DNA of 64,000 bases from Thermoproteota archaeon (GTDB taxonomy: Archaea; Thermoproteota; Methanomethylicia; Culexarchaeales; Culexarchaeaceae), in the NCBI GenBank assembly GCA_020833005.1, contig JAJHRD010000003.1:63567-127566 (forward strand). Reading direction: 5' to 3'. The position numbers and the translations under genes are program-made. Of this stretch, positions 9,767 through 19,107 are shown piece after piece. Below the pieces are notes generated by a model that worked only from the letters and a program-made list of their open reading frames with translations, made no database searches and was not told where the DNA came from. How positions within the stretch are numbered: the stretch's first letter is position 1; every line of letters starts with the position of its first letter.

Positions 9767-11017
9767 TTATGGGTAAACTATCAAGCTCAAAAATATTACC
9801 AGCATAGCTCCAAAGAGGTCTGCAATGGAAGTTTCGAGTGGGATTACGAAGTTATCGGGATCCCAACCCCTACCATAAGCATACACACCAACAACATAGG
9901 AAACAACCATTATGACTATGGAACCTATAAACATAACCAATATGGATAGTAGGATCATGCTCAAAAGTATTGGGACAAGCCCAGTTAAAGTTGCCAAACC
10001 ATATCCGAGCAGGCTATAAATTACACCCATAAATGAAGCTGAGAGGAGCATGCCAAAGAACTCGTTAGACATTACATGTATGGAGGATATCTTGGAATCC
10101 AAGTATCCAAGGGCAAGTTTAGTTGTAGTAACACTACCAAAGGATGAACCAACACCCCCAATAGCATTCAACAAGACAGGGTATATCATGAGAATTTCAG
10201 GGTGATGAACAATGTTCTCAATGAAATTTGCAAGTAGAAGGCCGTTGATCACACCATCAAAACTACATACAAAACCCACTGGAACAGCCTCCCTAACCAC
10301 AACCCTATAAGTTTTCACAAACCTATCAACCCTATAATACCATGTTATTAGAGCAAGCAATGGTATCACTATGAAGAGAAGAGCAGCGATGAGCACAAGG
10401 ATGAGTTGACCACCGAGTATCATAGTTACAGAAGCACTATAGCATAGGGAGACTAGGAAATCATTTAAAATACCCACAACCGGATATGCTATAACATCTG
10501 GATCCAACCCCCTCCTAAAACTTAGAAACGCAGTATAACAATTGAGTGGGAGGGATATGAATGTTGCCAAGACACAAGTGAAGAGGCTTGAAGACATGAA
10601 TTGCGATAAACTCTCCACTGAAACCTGCCCAAAAACGAGGTTGACCAGAAACGCCAATAAACCAATCAAAGATGCATCGATATATGCTAACAAGATGGAA
10701 GCCCTAACCAGAGAGTAGAAATCGACAGTATTACCCCTCCAAGAAGCTTTAACTCTACCAACATTAAGCATTGTTGTCAAATTACCAGTGAAAACACCAC
10801 TTACATCACCCCTAACAGTCAAAACAACTGGATATAAAGCTACAACCCAATGATGCAAAGCCATTATTGGACTTAGTCCTGAAACCACCCTACCTGAAAG
10901 AAGACCTCCACTACTAAAGGATAAAGCAAAGGTACATTGCAGAAAACTTTTCCAAAGAATCCTCTGATTCAACCTCAATGTTGCCCCATAACCATCAAAA
11001 CCTCCAGCAATGCTCAA
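9767..11017 (-). CDS. MgtE/SLC41-family divalent cation transporter membrane domain (two internal repeats)
   Basis: Two repeats carrying the MgtE/SLC41 signature: RGLDPDVIAYPVVGILNDF and RGWDPDNFVIPLETSIADLFGA (the DPDN..P...S..DL motif). About 10 TM helices. Confidence 0.6.
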   Translation of the reverse strand: MSIAGGFDGYGATLRLNQRILWKSFLQCTFALSFSSGGLLSGRVVSGLSPIMALHHWVVALYPVVLTVRGDVSGVFTGNLTTMLNVGRVKASWRGNTVDFYSLVRASILLAYIDASLIGLLAFLVNLVFGQVSVESLSQFMSSSLFTCVLATFISLPLNCYTAFLSFRRGLDPDVIAYPVVGILNDFLVSLCYSASVTMILGGQLILVLIAALLFIVIPLLALITWYYRVDRFVKTYRVVVREAVPVGFVCSFDGVINGLLLANFIENIVHHPEILMIYPVLLNAIGGVGSSFGSVTTTKLALGYLDSKISSIHVMSNEFFGMLLSASFMGVIYSLLGYGLATLTGLVPILLSMILLSILVMFIGSIVIMVVSYVVGVYAYGRGWDPDNFVIPLETSIADLFGAMLVIFLSLIVYP

Positions 11018-11129
11018 CTAAACTAAGAGATAGTCTAAGCATTCATCTTAAATACTTTACCACAAACCCATTCAGCTATGGAAAGTTTCAATAATAAATT
11101 ATGAACAATAATAATGTATGGTGTAAGAT

Positions 11130-12149
11130 TTGATTGAAATTAGGAAGGAATTATTGGATGAAGCTAAAGCCATACATAAAGAATCAATAATAATAGATGG
11201 CCACTGCGACACAATACTACAAATGCTCCCAAGAATGTGGGGACCAGACCGAGAGCCTAGAAGCATACTAGTTAGAAGTGATAGGGGGCATGTTGACCTA
11301 CCAAGATTAATGGAAGCCCACGTTACATGCCAATTCTTCGCAGTATACACTGAACCAATATATAAACCCCTAAAAGCCACTGCAAGAGCTTTAGAAATGA
11401 TGGCTACATTTTATGAGGAAGTGGAGAAATCTGAGGGGAAGATAATAATAGTGAATAATTCGAAGGAAATTTATGAGGCAAAGAGAGATGGGAAACTTGC
11501 AGCATTAATATCCATGGAAGGTGGAGAACCAATACAACACAACCCAATAATATTGAGAATGTTCCATAAACTTGGGTTAAGAGCCTTATCACTAACATGG
11601 AATGAGAGGAATATGCTTGCAGATGGTGTTGGAGAATCGAGGGCTCAAAGCAGGTTAACCGAACTGGGATTGAAAGCTTTGGAAGAAGCTAAAAAGTTAA
11701 AGATCCTAATAGACGTATCACATCTAAGCGATTCATGCTTCTGGGATCTGGTGGAAAACTTCAAAAACCCAATAATAGCTTCACACTCCAATGCAAGGGC
11801 AATATGCAACCATAGGAGGAACCTCACAGATGAACAATTAAAGGCTATAGCTGAAAGAGATGGGGTTGTTGGGGTAAACTTTTCACCATCATTCATAGTA
11901 AGTGAAGGTAAAGCAACCATAGAAGACCTCATAAAACACATAGACCACATGGCCAACGTGATTGGAGTGAAATATGTGGGGCTTGGATCAGATTACGATG
12001 GAATATCCTCAACGCCAATAGGACTTGAAGATGTAAGCAAACTACCAAATCTAACAGCAAAATTGCTGGAACATGGATATAGCAAGGAGGATGTGAAAAA
12101 GATCCTTGGAGAAAACTTCCTAAGAGTTATAAGTGGGGTTATGGGATGA
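11130..12149 (+). CDS. Membrane dipeptidase, peptidase family M19
   Basis: ESIIIDGHCDTIL (the HxD Zn ligands at the N-terminus) and overall M19 (renal dipeptidase) layout. 4-nt overlap with the downstream D-aminoacylase. Confidence 0.8.
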   Translation: MIEIRKELLDEAKAIHKESIIIDGHCDTILQMLPRMWGPDREPRSILVRSDRGHVDLPRLMEAHVTCQFFAVYTEPIYKPLKATARALEMMATFYEEVEKSEGKIIIVNNSKEIYEAKRDGKLAALISMEGGEPIQHNPIILRMFHKLGLRALSLTWNERNMLADGVGESRAQSRLTELGLKALEEAKKLKILIDVSHLSDSCFWDLVENFKNPIIASHSNARAICNHRRNLTDEQLKAIAERDGVVGVNFSPSFIVSEGKATIEDLIKHIDHMANVIGVKYVGLGSDYDGISSTPIGLEDVSKLPNLTAKLLEHGYSKEDVKKILGENFLRVISGVMG

Positions 12150-13750
12150 TGGAAGCAGATATACTCATAGTTGGCGGTAGAGTAATTGATGGAACTGGTG
12201 GACCATGGTATAGGGCGGATATAGCAATAAAGGATGGTAAGATAACTGCAATTGGGAAAATTAGGGGGGCGGATGCTAAGAGAGTTATAGATGCCAATGG
12301 ATTGATGGTTGCACCAGGATTCATAGACATGCACAGCCACTCAGACTACACATTAATGGTTGATGGGAGAGCTTTAAGCAAAATAATGCAAGGTGTAACG
12401 ACAGAGGTTATAGGGAATTGTGGAAGTTCAGCAGCACCATTAATGGGGATATTAAGGGATAGAGGCTATGAAGAAAGCAAGAGGTATGGATTGAAAATTG
12501 AATGGACTAAAATGAGGGAGTATATGAGTAAACTTGAGGAGTCTGGAGTATCATTAAACGTGGCACCACTCGTGGGATACGCAAACATAAGGATAGCAGT
12601 TCTAGGCTATGATGCAAGAGAACCATCAAAGAGGGAGATGGAGGAAATGAAGATAATACTCGAAGAAGCATTAAATGATGGTGCATTCGGAATGTCCACG
12701 GGATTAAGATACGACCCACAATCCTTCGCAAAAACTGAAGAGATAATTGAATTGGCGAAAACAGTTTCGGAATATGGGGGAATATATGCATCACATATAA
12801 GAGATGAAGGTGATAGGGGATTGGTAATCGAAGCAGTGGAGGAAGCTATAAGGATAGGTAGGGAGGCAAAAGTTCCTGTGGAAATATCACACCTAAAAAT
12901 ACTTGCAAAACCACTATGGGATAAATGTGATGAAATAATTAGATTAATTGATGAAGCTAGGGGGAGGGGGGTTGAAGTAACTGCTGATCAATACCCATAT
13001 GAAGCAAGCGGTACAAGTTTAATGGCATGGATACCGAAATGGGCTAATGAAGGTGGAAGGGAGAAGTTGATTGAAAGATTAAGGGATAAGGATTTGAGGG
13101 AGGAGATAAAGGTGGAACTGTACAAGACAATGGAGTATCGTGGAGGAGCTGAAAATGCCATCATAAGCAGATTCGAACCAGATCCATCAATTGAAGGATA
13201 CTCAATAAAACAGGTCTCTGAAAAACTTGGATTAAGCGAAGATGAAACTGCCATAAGACTTGTGGAGAAAGCCCTTGAAGCTAAAAGCGGAATTGGAATA
13301 ATAAACTTCAATCAAAAACCGGAGAATCTTAGGAAGATATTTTCAAAACCATGGGTTATGGTTGGATCAGATGGCTACGCACTCTCACCAACTGGAATAC
13401 TGGCCGCTGGAATACCTCATCCAAGAAGTTATGGGACATTCCCAAGAGCAATAGCGAAATATGTGAAAGATGAAAAGGTTGTGTCATTGGAGGAATGTAT
13501 AAGGAAGATGACATCACTACCAGCAAACGTTCTAGGATTATGGAGTAAAGGTTTGATAAAAGTTGGATTTGACGCCGATATAGTGATATTTGACTATGAG
13601 AAGATAAGGGATACAGCCACATATACGAATCCAGCACAATACCCCCTTGGCATAGAGTACGTAATAGTTAATGGGAAACTAACTGTGGATAAAGGTGTAT
13701 ATACTGGGGAGAAGGCGGGTAAAGTTTTAAGGAAAAAGGGGAGGGTTTAG
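12146..13750 (+). CDS. N-acyl-D-amino-acid deacylase (D-aminoacylase), amidohydrolase superfamily
   Basis: DILIVGGRVIDGTGGPWYRADIAIKDGKI...APGFIDMHSHSDY is the characteristic D-aminoacylase N-terminus and metal-binding HxH. 534 aa. Confidence 0.8.
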   Translation: MMEADILIVGGRVIDGTGGPWYRADIAIKDGKITAIGKIRGADAKRVIDANGLMVAPGFIDMHSHSDYTLMVDGRALSKIMQGVTTEVIGNCGSSAAPLMGILRDRGYEESKRYGLKIEWTKMREYMSKLEESGVSLNVAPLVGYANIRIAVLGYDAREPSKREMEEMKIILEEALNDGAFGMSTGLRYDPQSFAKTEEIIELAKTVSEYGGIYASHIRDEGDRGLVIEAVEEAIRIGREAKVPVEISHLKILAKPLWDKCDEIIRLIDEARGRGVEVTADQYPYEASGTSLMAWIPKWANEGGREKLIERLRDKDLREEIKVELYKTMEYRGGAENAIISRFEPDPSIEGYSIKQVSEKLGLSEDETAIRLVEKALEAKSGIGIINFNQKPENLRKIFSKPWVMVGSDGYALSPTGILAAGIPHPRSYGTFPRAIAKYVKDEKVVSLEECIRKMTSLPANVLGLWSKGLIKVGFDADIVIFDYEKIRDTATYTNPAQYPLGIEYVIVNGKLTVDKGVYTGEKAGKVLRKKGRV

Positions 13751-13753
13751 GAT

Positions 13754-15712
13754 TTATTGTTTCAAGTGCTTATCAAACCAATCCACAATTATTTTTAACC
13801 TTTCAACCCTATGCTTAGGCTTACCACTCCTAGATAAATCGTGATTTTCACCTGGAACTAAAACCATTCTAGCCTCCTTACCCAACTGCTTCAAAGCAAT
13901 GAAGAATTGCATGGCCTCAACATAATGACACCTGTAATCTTCTAGGCTATGCAATATTAGTATTGGCGTTTTCACATTTTCACAATACATTAATGGAGAC
14001 TTCTCGAGAAACTTGTTAACGCTCTCAGGGGTTATGGGCTTAGCTGATAGATCGCCGAGGATATGGTCTAATGCAAATCTATAACCAATATCGCTTGTAC
14101 CATAGAAGCTAAGCCAATTGGATATCCCACGCATACTAACGGCAGCTTTAAACACATCAGTATGTGTAACTATCCAATTGGTCATAAAGCCACCATAAGA
14201 TCCACCTGCAACGCCAATCCTTGAGGAATCTATGTATGGATAGTTTGTTAAAACGTAATTCAATGACTCCATTATGTCAGCATAATCCCTCTCACCATAA
14301 TGTCCACGTATATCAGCGAAATCCTCAGAATATCCATCACTACCACGGGGATTAGTGTATATGACGACGTAGCCTCTAGCCGCATAAACTTGAAATTCAT
14401 GTATAAATGATGCACCATAAGCCGTTTTAGGTCCACCATGAATGTAAAGTATTGCGGGATACTTCTTACTGGGATCAAAATCCAATGGCTTCATTATCCA
14501 ACCATCAATCTCAGCTCCATCACTAGCTGTGAAACTGAAGTGTTCAGGTTTAGATATTGAGAATTCCCTTACAAAATCTAGATTGAAGTTTGTTAATTGG
14601 ATTTCTTTGCCTCCACGTATTAAGTAGAGCTCTATTGGATAAGTGTCCGTCATTGATGTGAAAACCAACAAATGTTCACCGCTTTTGCTAGCGACATCAA
14701 AACCTTCAACACTCCTATAACCAAAAGTTACCGGGCTTAATGATCCATCATTAACATTGATGGAATAGAGATTTGCTGAACCACCCTCATGAACAACAAA
14801 GTAGACTTTGTCTTCAACCCATTTAGGCCCCACATTAACCTCACCACCCCTCACATCGGAATTCAATGAGTTGCTTATGTTTAGATTCAAGTTGCCAGTT
14901 AATAGTCTGATAGATTTGTCTTTAAGGTTAAGCAAATAAAGCCTGCTATGTGAAACCGATCCTCTCTTCAAATCATGCCCTCTAAAAACAATCTTAGAAT
15001 CATCAGGACTCCAACTAAGGCTACTAATACTCATACTTGAGGAGGTTAGAAGCTCACTCTTACCAGTCTTTAAATCTAGTATGAAGATGTCATTTATGTA
15101 TGGTTTAAGATCATTTAGGGTGGCTATATATGCCAACTTATCTCTAGAATTGCTTAGAGACATGAAGTTTACATCAAATTCGCCGGAAGTTAATTGCTCA
15201 ACACTTTCACTAAAGACATCAACCATGAAGATGTGATTTCTAATGGTGTGTATGAAGCCTCTACCATTAAACCAGAAGTTTATTCTATCAATAACCTTAA
15301 CATCTTCTTGAACATCTCCAAAAGCTCCGAGGAAGAGCAATTTACGATCATCAATCCATTGAAGCTTGGTTATGGGCAATTTGCGTTTTAATAGCATTCT
15401 AAATTCTCCACCATCAATTCTACCCAACCAAACCTCCACTCCAGGCTCATCCTTCCTTAAAGTCCTCCTAGAAGTAAATGCAATGAATCTTCCAGAGGGG
15501 CTCCAAGAAGCTCTACCATCTTTAGGACCATTAGTATATGCGTAAACCTCCCCACTTTCAACATCTGTAATCCACAATTTAGATATGTAATCATTTTCAT
15601 CTAAGCTTGGTTTAGTCAATGTAAAGATCACTTTCGATGCATCTGGAGAGAATGTTGGTTCTGAAATCATTGAAATTTTAGTGAAGTCTTCAAATCCAAT
15701 CTTCTTAGGCAT
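13754..15712 (-). CDS. S9-family acylaminoacyl-peptidase / prolyl oligopeptidase-type serine peptidase
   Basis: N-terminal beta-propeller-like region plus a C-terminal alpha/beta-hydrolase with nucleophile elbow GGSYGGFMT. Asp and His are also present downstream. Confidence 0.8.
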   Translation of the reverse strand: MPKKIGFEDFTKISMISEPTFSPDASKVIFTLTKPSLDENDYISKLWITDVESGEVYAYTNGPKDGRASWSPSGRFIAFTSRRTLRKDEPGVEVWLGRIDGGEFRMLLKRKLPITKLQWIDDRKLLFLGAFGDVQEDVKVIDRINFWFNGRGFIHTIRNHIFMVDVFSESVEQLTSGEFDVNFMSLSNSRDKLAYIATLNDLKPYINDIFILDLKTGKSELLTSSSMSISSLSWSPDDSKIVFRGHDLKRGSVSHSRLYLLNLKDKSIRLLTGNLNLNISNSLNSDVRGGEVNVGPKWVEDKVYFVVHEGGSANLYSINVNDGSLSPVTFGYRSVEGFDVASKSGEHLLVFTSMTDTYPIELYLIRGGKEIQLTNFNLDFVREFSISKPEHFSFTASDGAEIDGWIMKPLDFDPSKKYPAILYIHGGPKTAYGASFIHEFQVYAARGYVVIYTNPRGSDGYSEDFADIRGHYGERDYADIMESLNYVLTNYPYIDSSRIGVAGGSYGGFMTNWIVTHTDVFKAAVSMRGISNWLSFYGTSDIGYRFALDHILGDLSAKPITPESVNKFLEKSPLMYCENVKTPILILHSLEDYRCHYVEAMQFFIALKQLGKEARMVLVPGENHDLSRSGKPKHRVERLKIIVDWFDKHLKQ

Positions 15713-15814
15713 ATCCCATCAGCATAATATCTATAACAACTCAATTTATACCTTTGTACATTACTACTTCGCTACAATTCAATGTTGAGAAATAAGTTTG
15801 TGGGATGTTGAAGA

Positions 15815-17728
15815 TTATGCTCGAAGCTTCGAGCGTTTGAAATAGATGTAGGCTAAGCCTATTATCAAGATGAGAGATGGAATGCGTATTGCAATGTGTG
15901 GGTAGAATATGGTTATGGAAGATATTATGAGAAGCCCCCTCAACAATATGTCTATAGACTGCTTTCCACCGAATTTGCCGAAAAGTCCAAGTGAGAATGC
16001 AATTATGCTAACAGTGATTATGACCACCGAAATTAAGGTTAACCAGGATACCTCAGATACTGCTGGCTGCTCCACTAATATTCCAAACATTAAAATGAAG
16101 AGGGGTGTACAAATCTTCATCAATTCAATTAATGTCTCCATAAACCCTGCACCAGATATCTTAGATGCCACAGCCGCAGCCAGTGAAGTTGGTGGTGAAA
16201 GTTCAGAGAAGAGGGCCATGAAGAATGCAAAGTAATGTACTGCCCAAGGATCAAAACCCAACTTAATCAAGTATGGCGCCACAAGTATAGCTGTAAGTAG
16301 ATATGTGGGTGTTGGTGGTAACCCCAAACCCAAAATGTATCCAAGAATAAAAGCTATAGTTACTGTGAGAATTACATTTGCACCCCCAATCTCCATGAGT
16401 ATGAGGCCTATTTTCGGAGGGACCCCCGTAATTGTCATAGCTTCAGTCATAATTCCAAGAGTTGATAGAAGTAGAGTCAAATCGACTAGATCAGACATAA
16501 AATTATGTATAGAAAATACAAACTTATCATATAGCTCTTTCAAAATATCTTTAAGAGAACTCTTCTGTAGAATTGAGAGGACAATGGTGTCTATTAATAC
16601 TATGATTAATAGTAATACTGACGATACGAAGCCGGCAACTATTGGTGATATACCGATCCACATAAGATATGTGATAAGTGCAATGCCGAAGAAGAAGATC
16701 ATGGTGTTAATTACATCGCTCCTCTTATAAGCGAAACTGGCAGTTACAGCCACTTCTCTGATGACGTACCTCCTAGTTAATAGGTATACAATGAATAGCA
16801 AGCCAACAACGTATATGAATAGCAAAATCCACCCTCTCAAGCATACATCAAAATATGAAACCCTCAAGTATTCAGCCATAATAAATGCAGCTGCACCCAT
16901 CAATGGAGGTGATAATTGTGCTGCCACACTGGAAGCAGCCTCCACAACACCAGCATATTTGCTTGGAATACCTATCTTTTTCATCAATGGAATAGTGTAG
17001 GATCCGCTTACCGCAACATTGGCAGCTATACTACTGGATGGTAAGCCGATGGTTATTGAATTTATAACACACGCCATTGGTATTGTTGAAGGCCTCCTAC
17101 CAAGCTTACTCATAATTACATTAATTAGAGAGTTTAAGAGGCCGAAACCATAGGAAATGGATGAGAAGAGCATAAATACGCCAATAACGGTTAACGCAAG
17201 TTGAGGTAACCTTTCAAAAATGCCAGTTTCAAAATCCACAGTTAAGGATCTTATGAGCACACGTATACCAACCCCTGGATGTCTAAAAATGTCTGGAAAC
17301 AACCACCCATAAAGTGCATAGAACATCAAGAAAACGTTTAATACAAATATGGCGATATGCTTCCTCCTAGTATACTCCATGATAAAGAGTAAAGCTATTG
17401 TACCGATAATGTAATCGGTGGTGTTGGGAGACCCCCATCTCACATATCTTAGATCATCAAAATTCACAACTAAATATATTGAAATTATTATGCTTAATAC
17501 AACGTATATCACCCCAACTATGTAATTCACTTTAACACCTAATCTGGGGTAAAGCTTATTCTCCTTAAGTGAGTAAAGTGTATGTAGTGCAAATATCAGT
17601 GGAACGGTAAATACTGCTAAAAGCATAGACCCCCCATATCCAGTAGCGTAATAGTAGATGAGAATAATTAAAAGGAATATTTCAAGACCTAAAATTATGT
17701 AATCAAGGAATTTATGTTTATTCAACAT
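15815..17728 (-). CDS. TRAP-type fused (4TM/12TM) permease, TAXI-associated
   Basis: 637-aa polytopic membrane protein immediately downstream of a TAXI-like periplasmic binding protein. This size and architecture are typical of TAXI-TRAP fused permeases. Confidence 0.5.
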   Translation of the reverse strand: MLNKHKFLDYIILGLEIFLLIILIYYYATGYGGSMLLAVFTVPLIFALHTLYSLKENKLYPRLGVKVNYIVGVIYVVLSIIISIYLVVNFDDLRYVRWGSPNTTDYIIGTIALLFIMEYTRRKHIAIFVLNVFLMFYALYGWLFPDIFRHPGVGIRVLIRSLTVDFETGIFERLPQLALTVIGVFMLFSSISYGFGLLNSLINVIMSKLGRRPSTIPMACVINSITIGLPSSSIAANVAVSGSYTIPLMKKIGIPSKYAGVVEAASSVAAQLSPPLMGAAAFIMAEYLRVSYFDVCLRGWILLFIYVVGLLFIVYLLTRRYVIREVAVTASFAYKRSDVINTMIFFFGIALITYLMWIGISPIVAGFVSSVLLLIIVLIDTIVLSILQKSSLKDILKELYDKFVFSIHNFMSDLVDLTLLLSTLGIMTEAMTITGVPPKIGLILMEIGGANVILTVTIAFILGYILGLGLPPTPTYLLTAILVAPYLIKLGFDPWAVHYFAFFMALFSELSPPTSLAAAVASKISGAGFMETLIELMKICTPLFILMFGILVEQPAVSEVSWLTLISVVIITVSIIAFSLGLFGKFGGKQSIDILLRGLLIISSITIFYPHIAIRIPSLILIIGLAYIYFKRSKLRA

Positions 17729-17768
17729 GAATCACCTCCATAATGAGAATTTATAAAAATTTAAAAAA

Positions 17769-18878
17769 TTAAAAATTGAAGTTGTATTTAGCGTTCCACC
17801 ACACTTCCATGCTTCCCCCTTTCCATACCCCCTTCTCCTTTAAATACCTGATTAATCCAGGATGTATTGGTGCTTGTGGATAGTAGCTACGCAGAAATTC
17901 TATACCTAGGAGTTGCATTCCTACAAAATCATCTGCCAATTGTGAAAATGATGGGTCAATTGATTTCAGTTCATTAATATTCTTCTCAATAGCCTTTATG
18001 AACTTGTAAGCATCTTCCTCCGGTAGAATCTTATCATCAGTAAACAATGTAGTGATTGCTGGAACAGAATACATGAAATCGGCTTTCACATCTATTTTAA
18101 ATGGCTTATACTTTGTTAAATCAACTTTATACAGCTTTATCCCCTTAGCCTCCAGTTTCGCCAATTCTTCGGGAGATGGATTCAATATGGCTATTGGGGT
18201 TGTTAATACCATTTCCGCTATCCATGGTGGAACATCCATACCACCAGCACTAGTATAAACACCAGTAGCCACTATATCACCCTTCGTAAGTGCAGTGCCA
18301 ACCATGCTAAAATCAACTTCTATAAACTTTGGCTTTATACCTAGAGCGGGGAAAATTATATTCTCGAAAATTGGACGGGCACCCCAAGCAGGTGGATACA
18401 TGAATATTGGTTTCCCATCCAAATCAGACCAGCTACGGATCTTACCTACATCCCTCTGATGAATTGCAATTCCGTATTCAAGGGAAACTATGGCGAAGAG
18501 CATGGAGGGAAGCCTCTTAGCTTCAAAACCCTTAAAGAAGCCAAAAGTTTTACCTGCAGTATACATGTCTGCAGCTTGAAAACCAAATGCTAAAGCCCCT
18601 TCAGCTTCCTCAGAACAATACATTTTCAAACTAGCCGTATAACCAGCTGTCACGAGTGCTAGAAAATCGTATTTAGGCATTTCCCTCTTTAAAACCGTTA
18701 TCATTTCAAGTGTCATTTTATAGCCCATGGAGCCTGAAGTGGAAGTGCCTATTCTAAAGGGTATGGTTGGAGCTGGTCTAGGCATTATTATGGAGTAAGC
18801 GGTGATTGCAGCAGCAACTACTATCACGATAATGGCAATAACTAGATATAGCTTTTTTAAAGCTCCTTTAGAATGCAT
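17769..18878 (-). CDS. TAXI-family (TRAP-associated) solute-binding protein with N-terminal anchor
   Basis: N-terminal TM/signal segment, then RIGTSTSGSMGYKM resembling the TAXI TGGTGGxYY motif. About 370 aa. Confidence 0.45.
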   Translation of the reverse strand: MHSKGALKKLYLVIAIIVIVVAAAITAYSIIMPRPAPTIPFRIGTSTSGSMGYKMTLEMITVLKREMPKYDFLALVTAGYTASLKMYCSEEAEGALAFGFQAADMYTAGKTFGFFKGFEAKRLPSMLFAIVSLEYGIAIHQRDVGKIRSWSDLDGKPIFMYPPAWGARPIFENIIFPALGIKPKFIEVDFSMVGTALTKGDIVATGVYTSAGGMDVPPWIAEMVLTTPIAILNPSPEELAKLEAKGIKLYKVDLTKYKPFKIDVKADFMYSVPAITTLFTDDKILPEEDAYKFIKAIEKNINELKSIDPSFSQLADDFVGMQLLGIEFLRSYYPQAPIHPGLIRYLKEKGVWKGGSMEVWWNAKYNFNF

Positions 18879-19107
18879 ATATATTATTATTGTTTATAAT
18901 TGGATATAAGCTTTATGATTTGATTATTGGTTTTGTAAACATTTATCTTTACTTAGATTATCATGAAACTTGATTATGTTTAGTCATAAAATTATCGATG
19001 ATGACTCTTTACAATTCTTATGCTTAAACTATTTAATTGAAGATGAATTGGGTGTTACTATAACTTTTGCAAATAGTTATATGATTATATTGATTATATT
19101 GAAATAA

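Noticed and set aside
18980-19010. ATGATGA C-box-like element in the AT-rich spacer
   Set aside because: No downstream CUGA D box or C'/D' arrangement.
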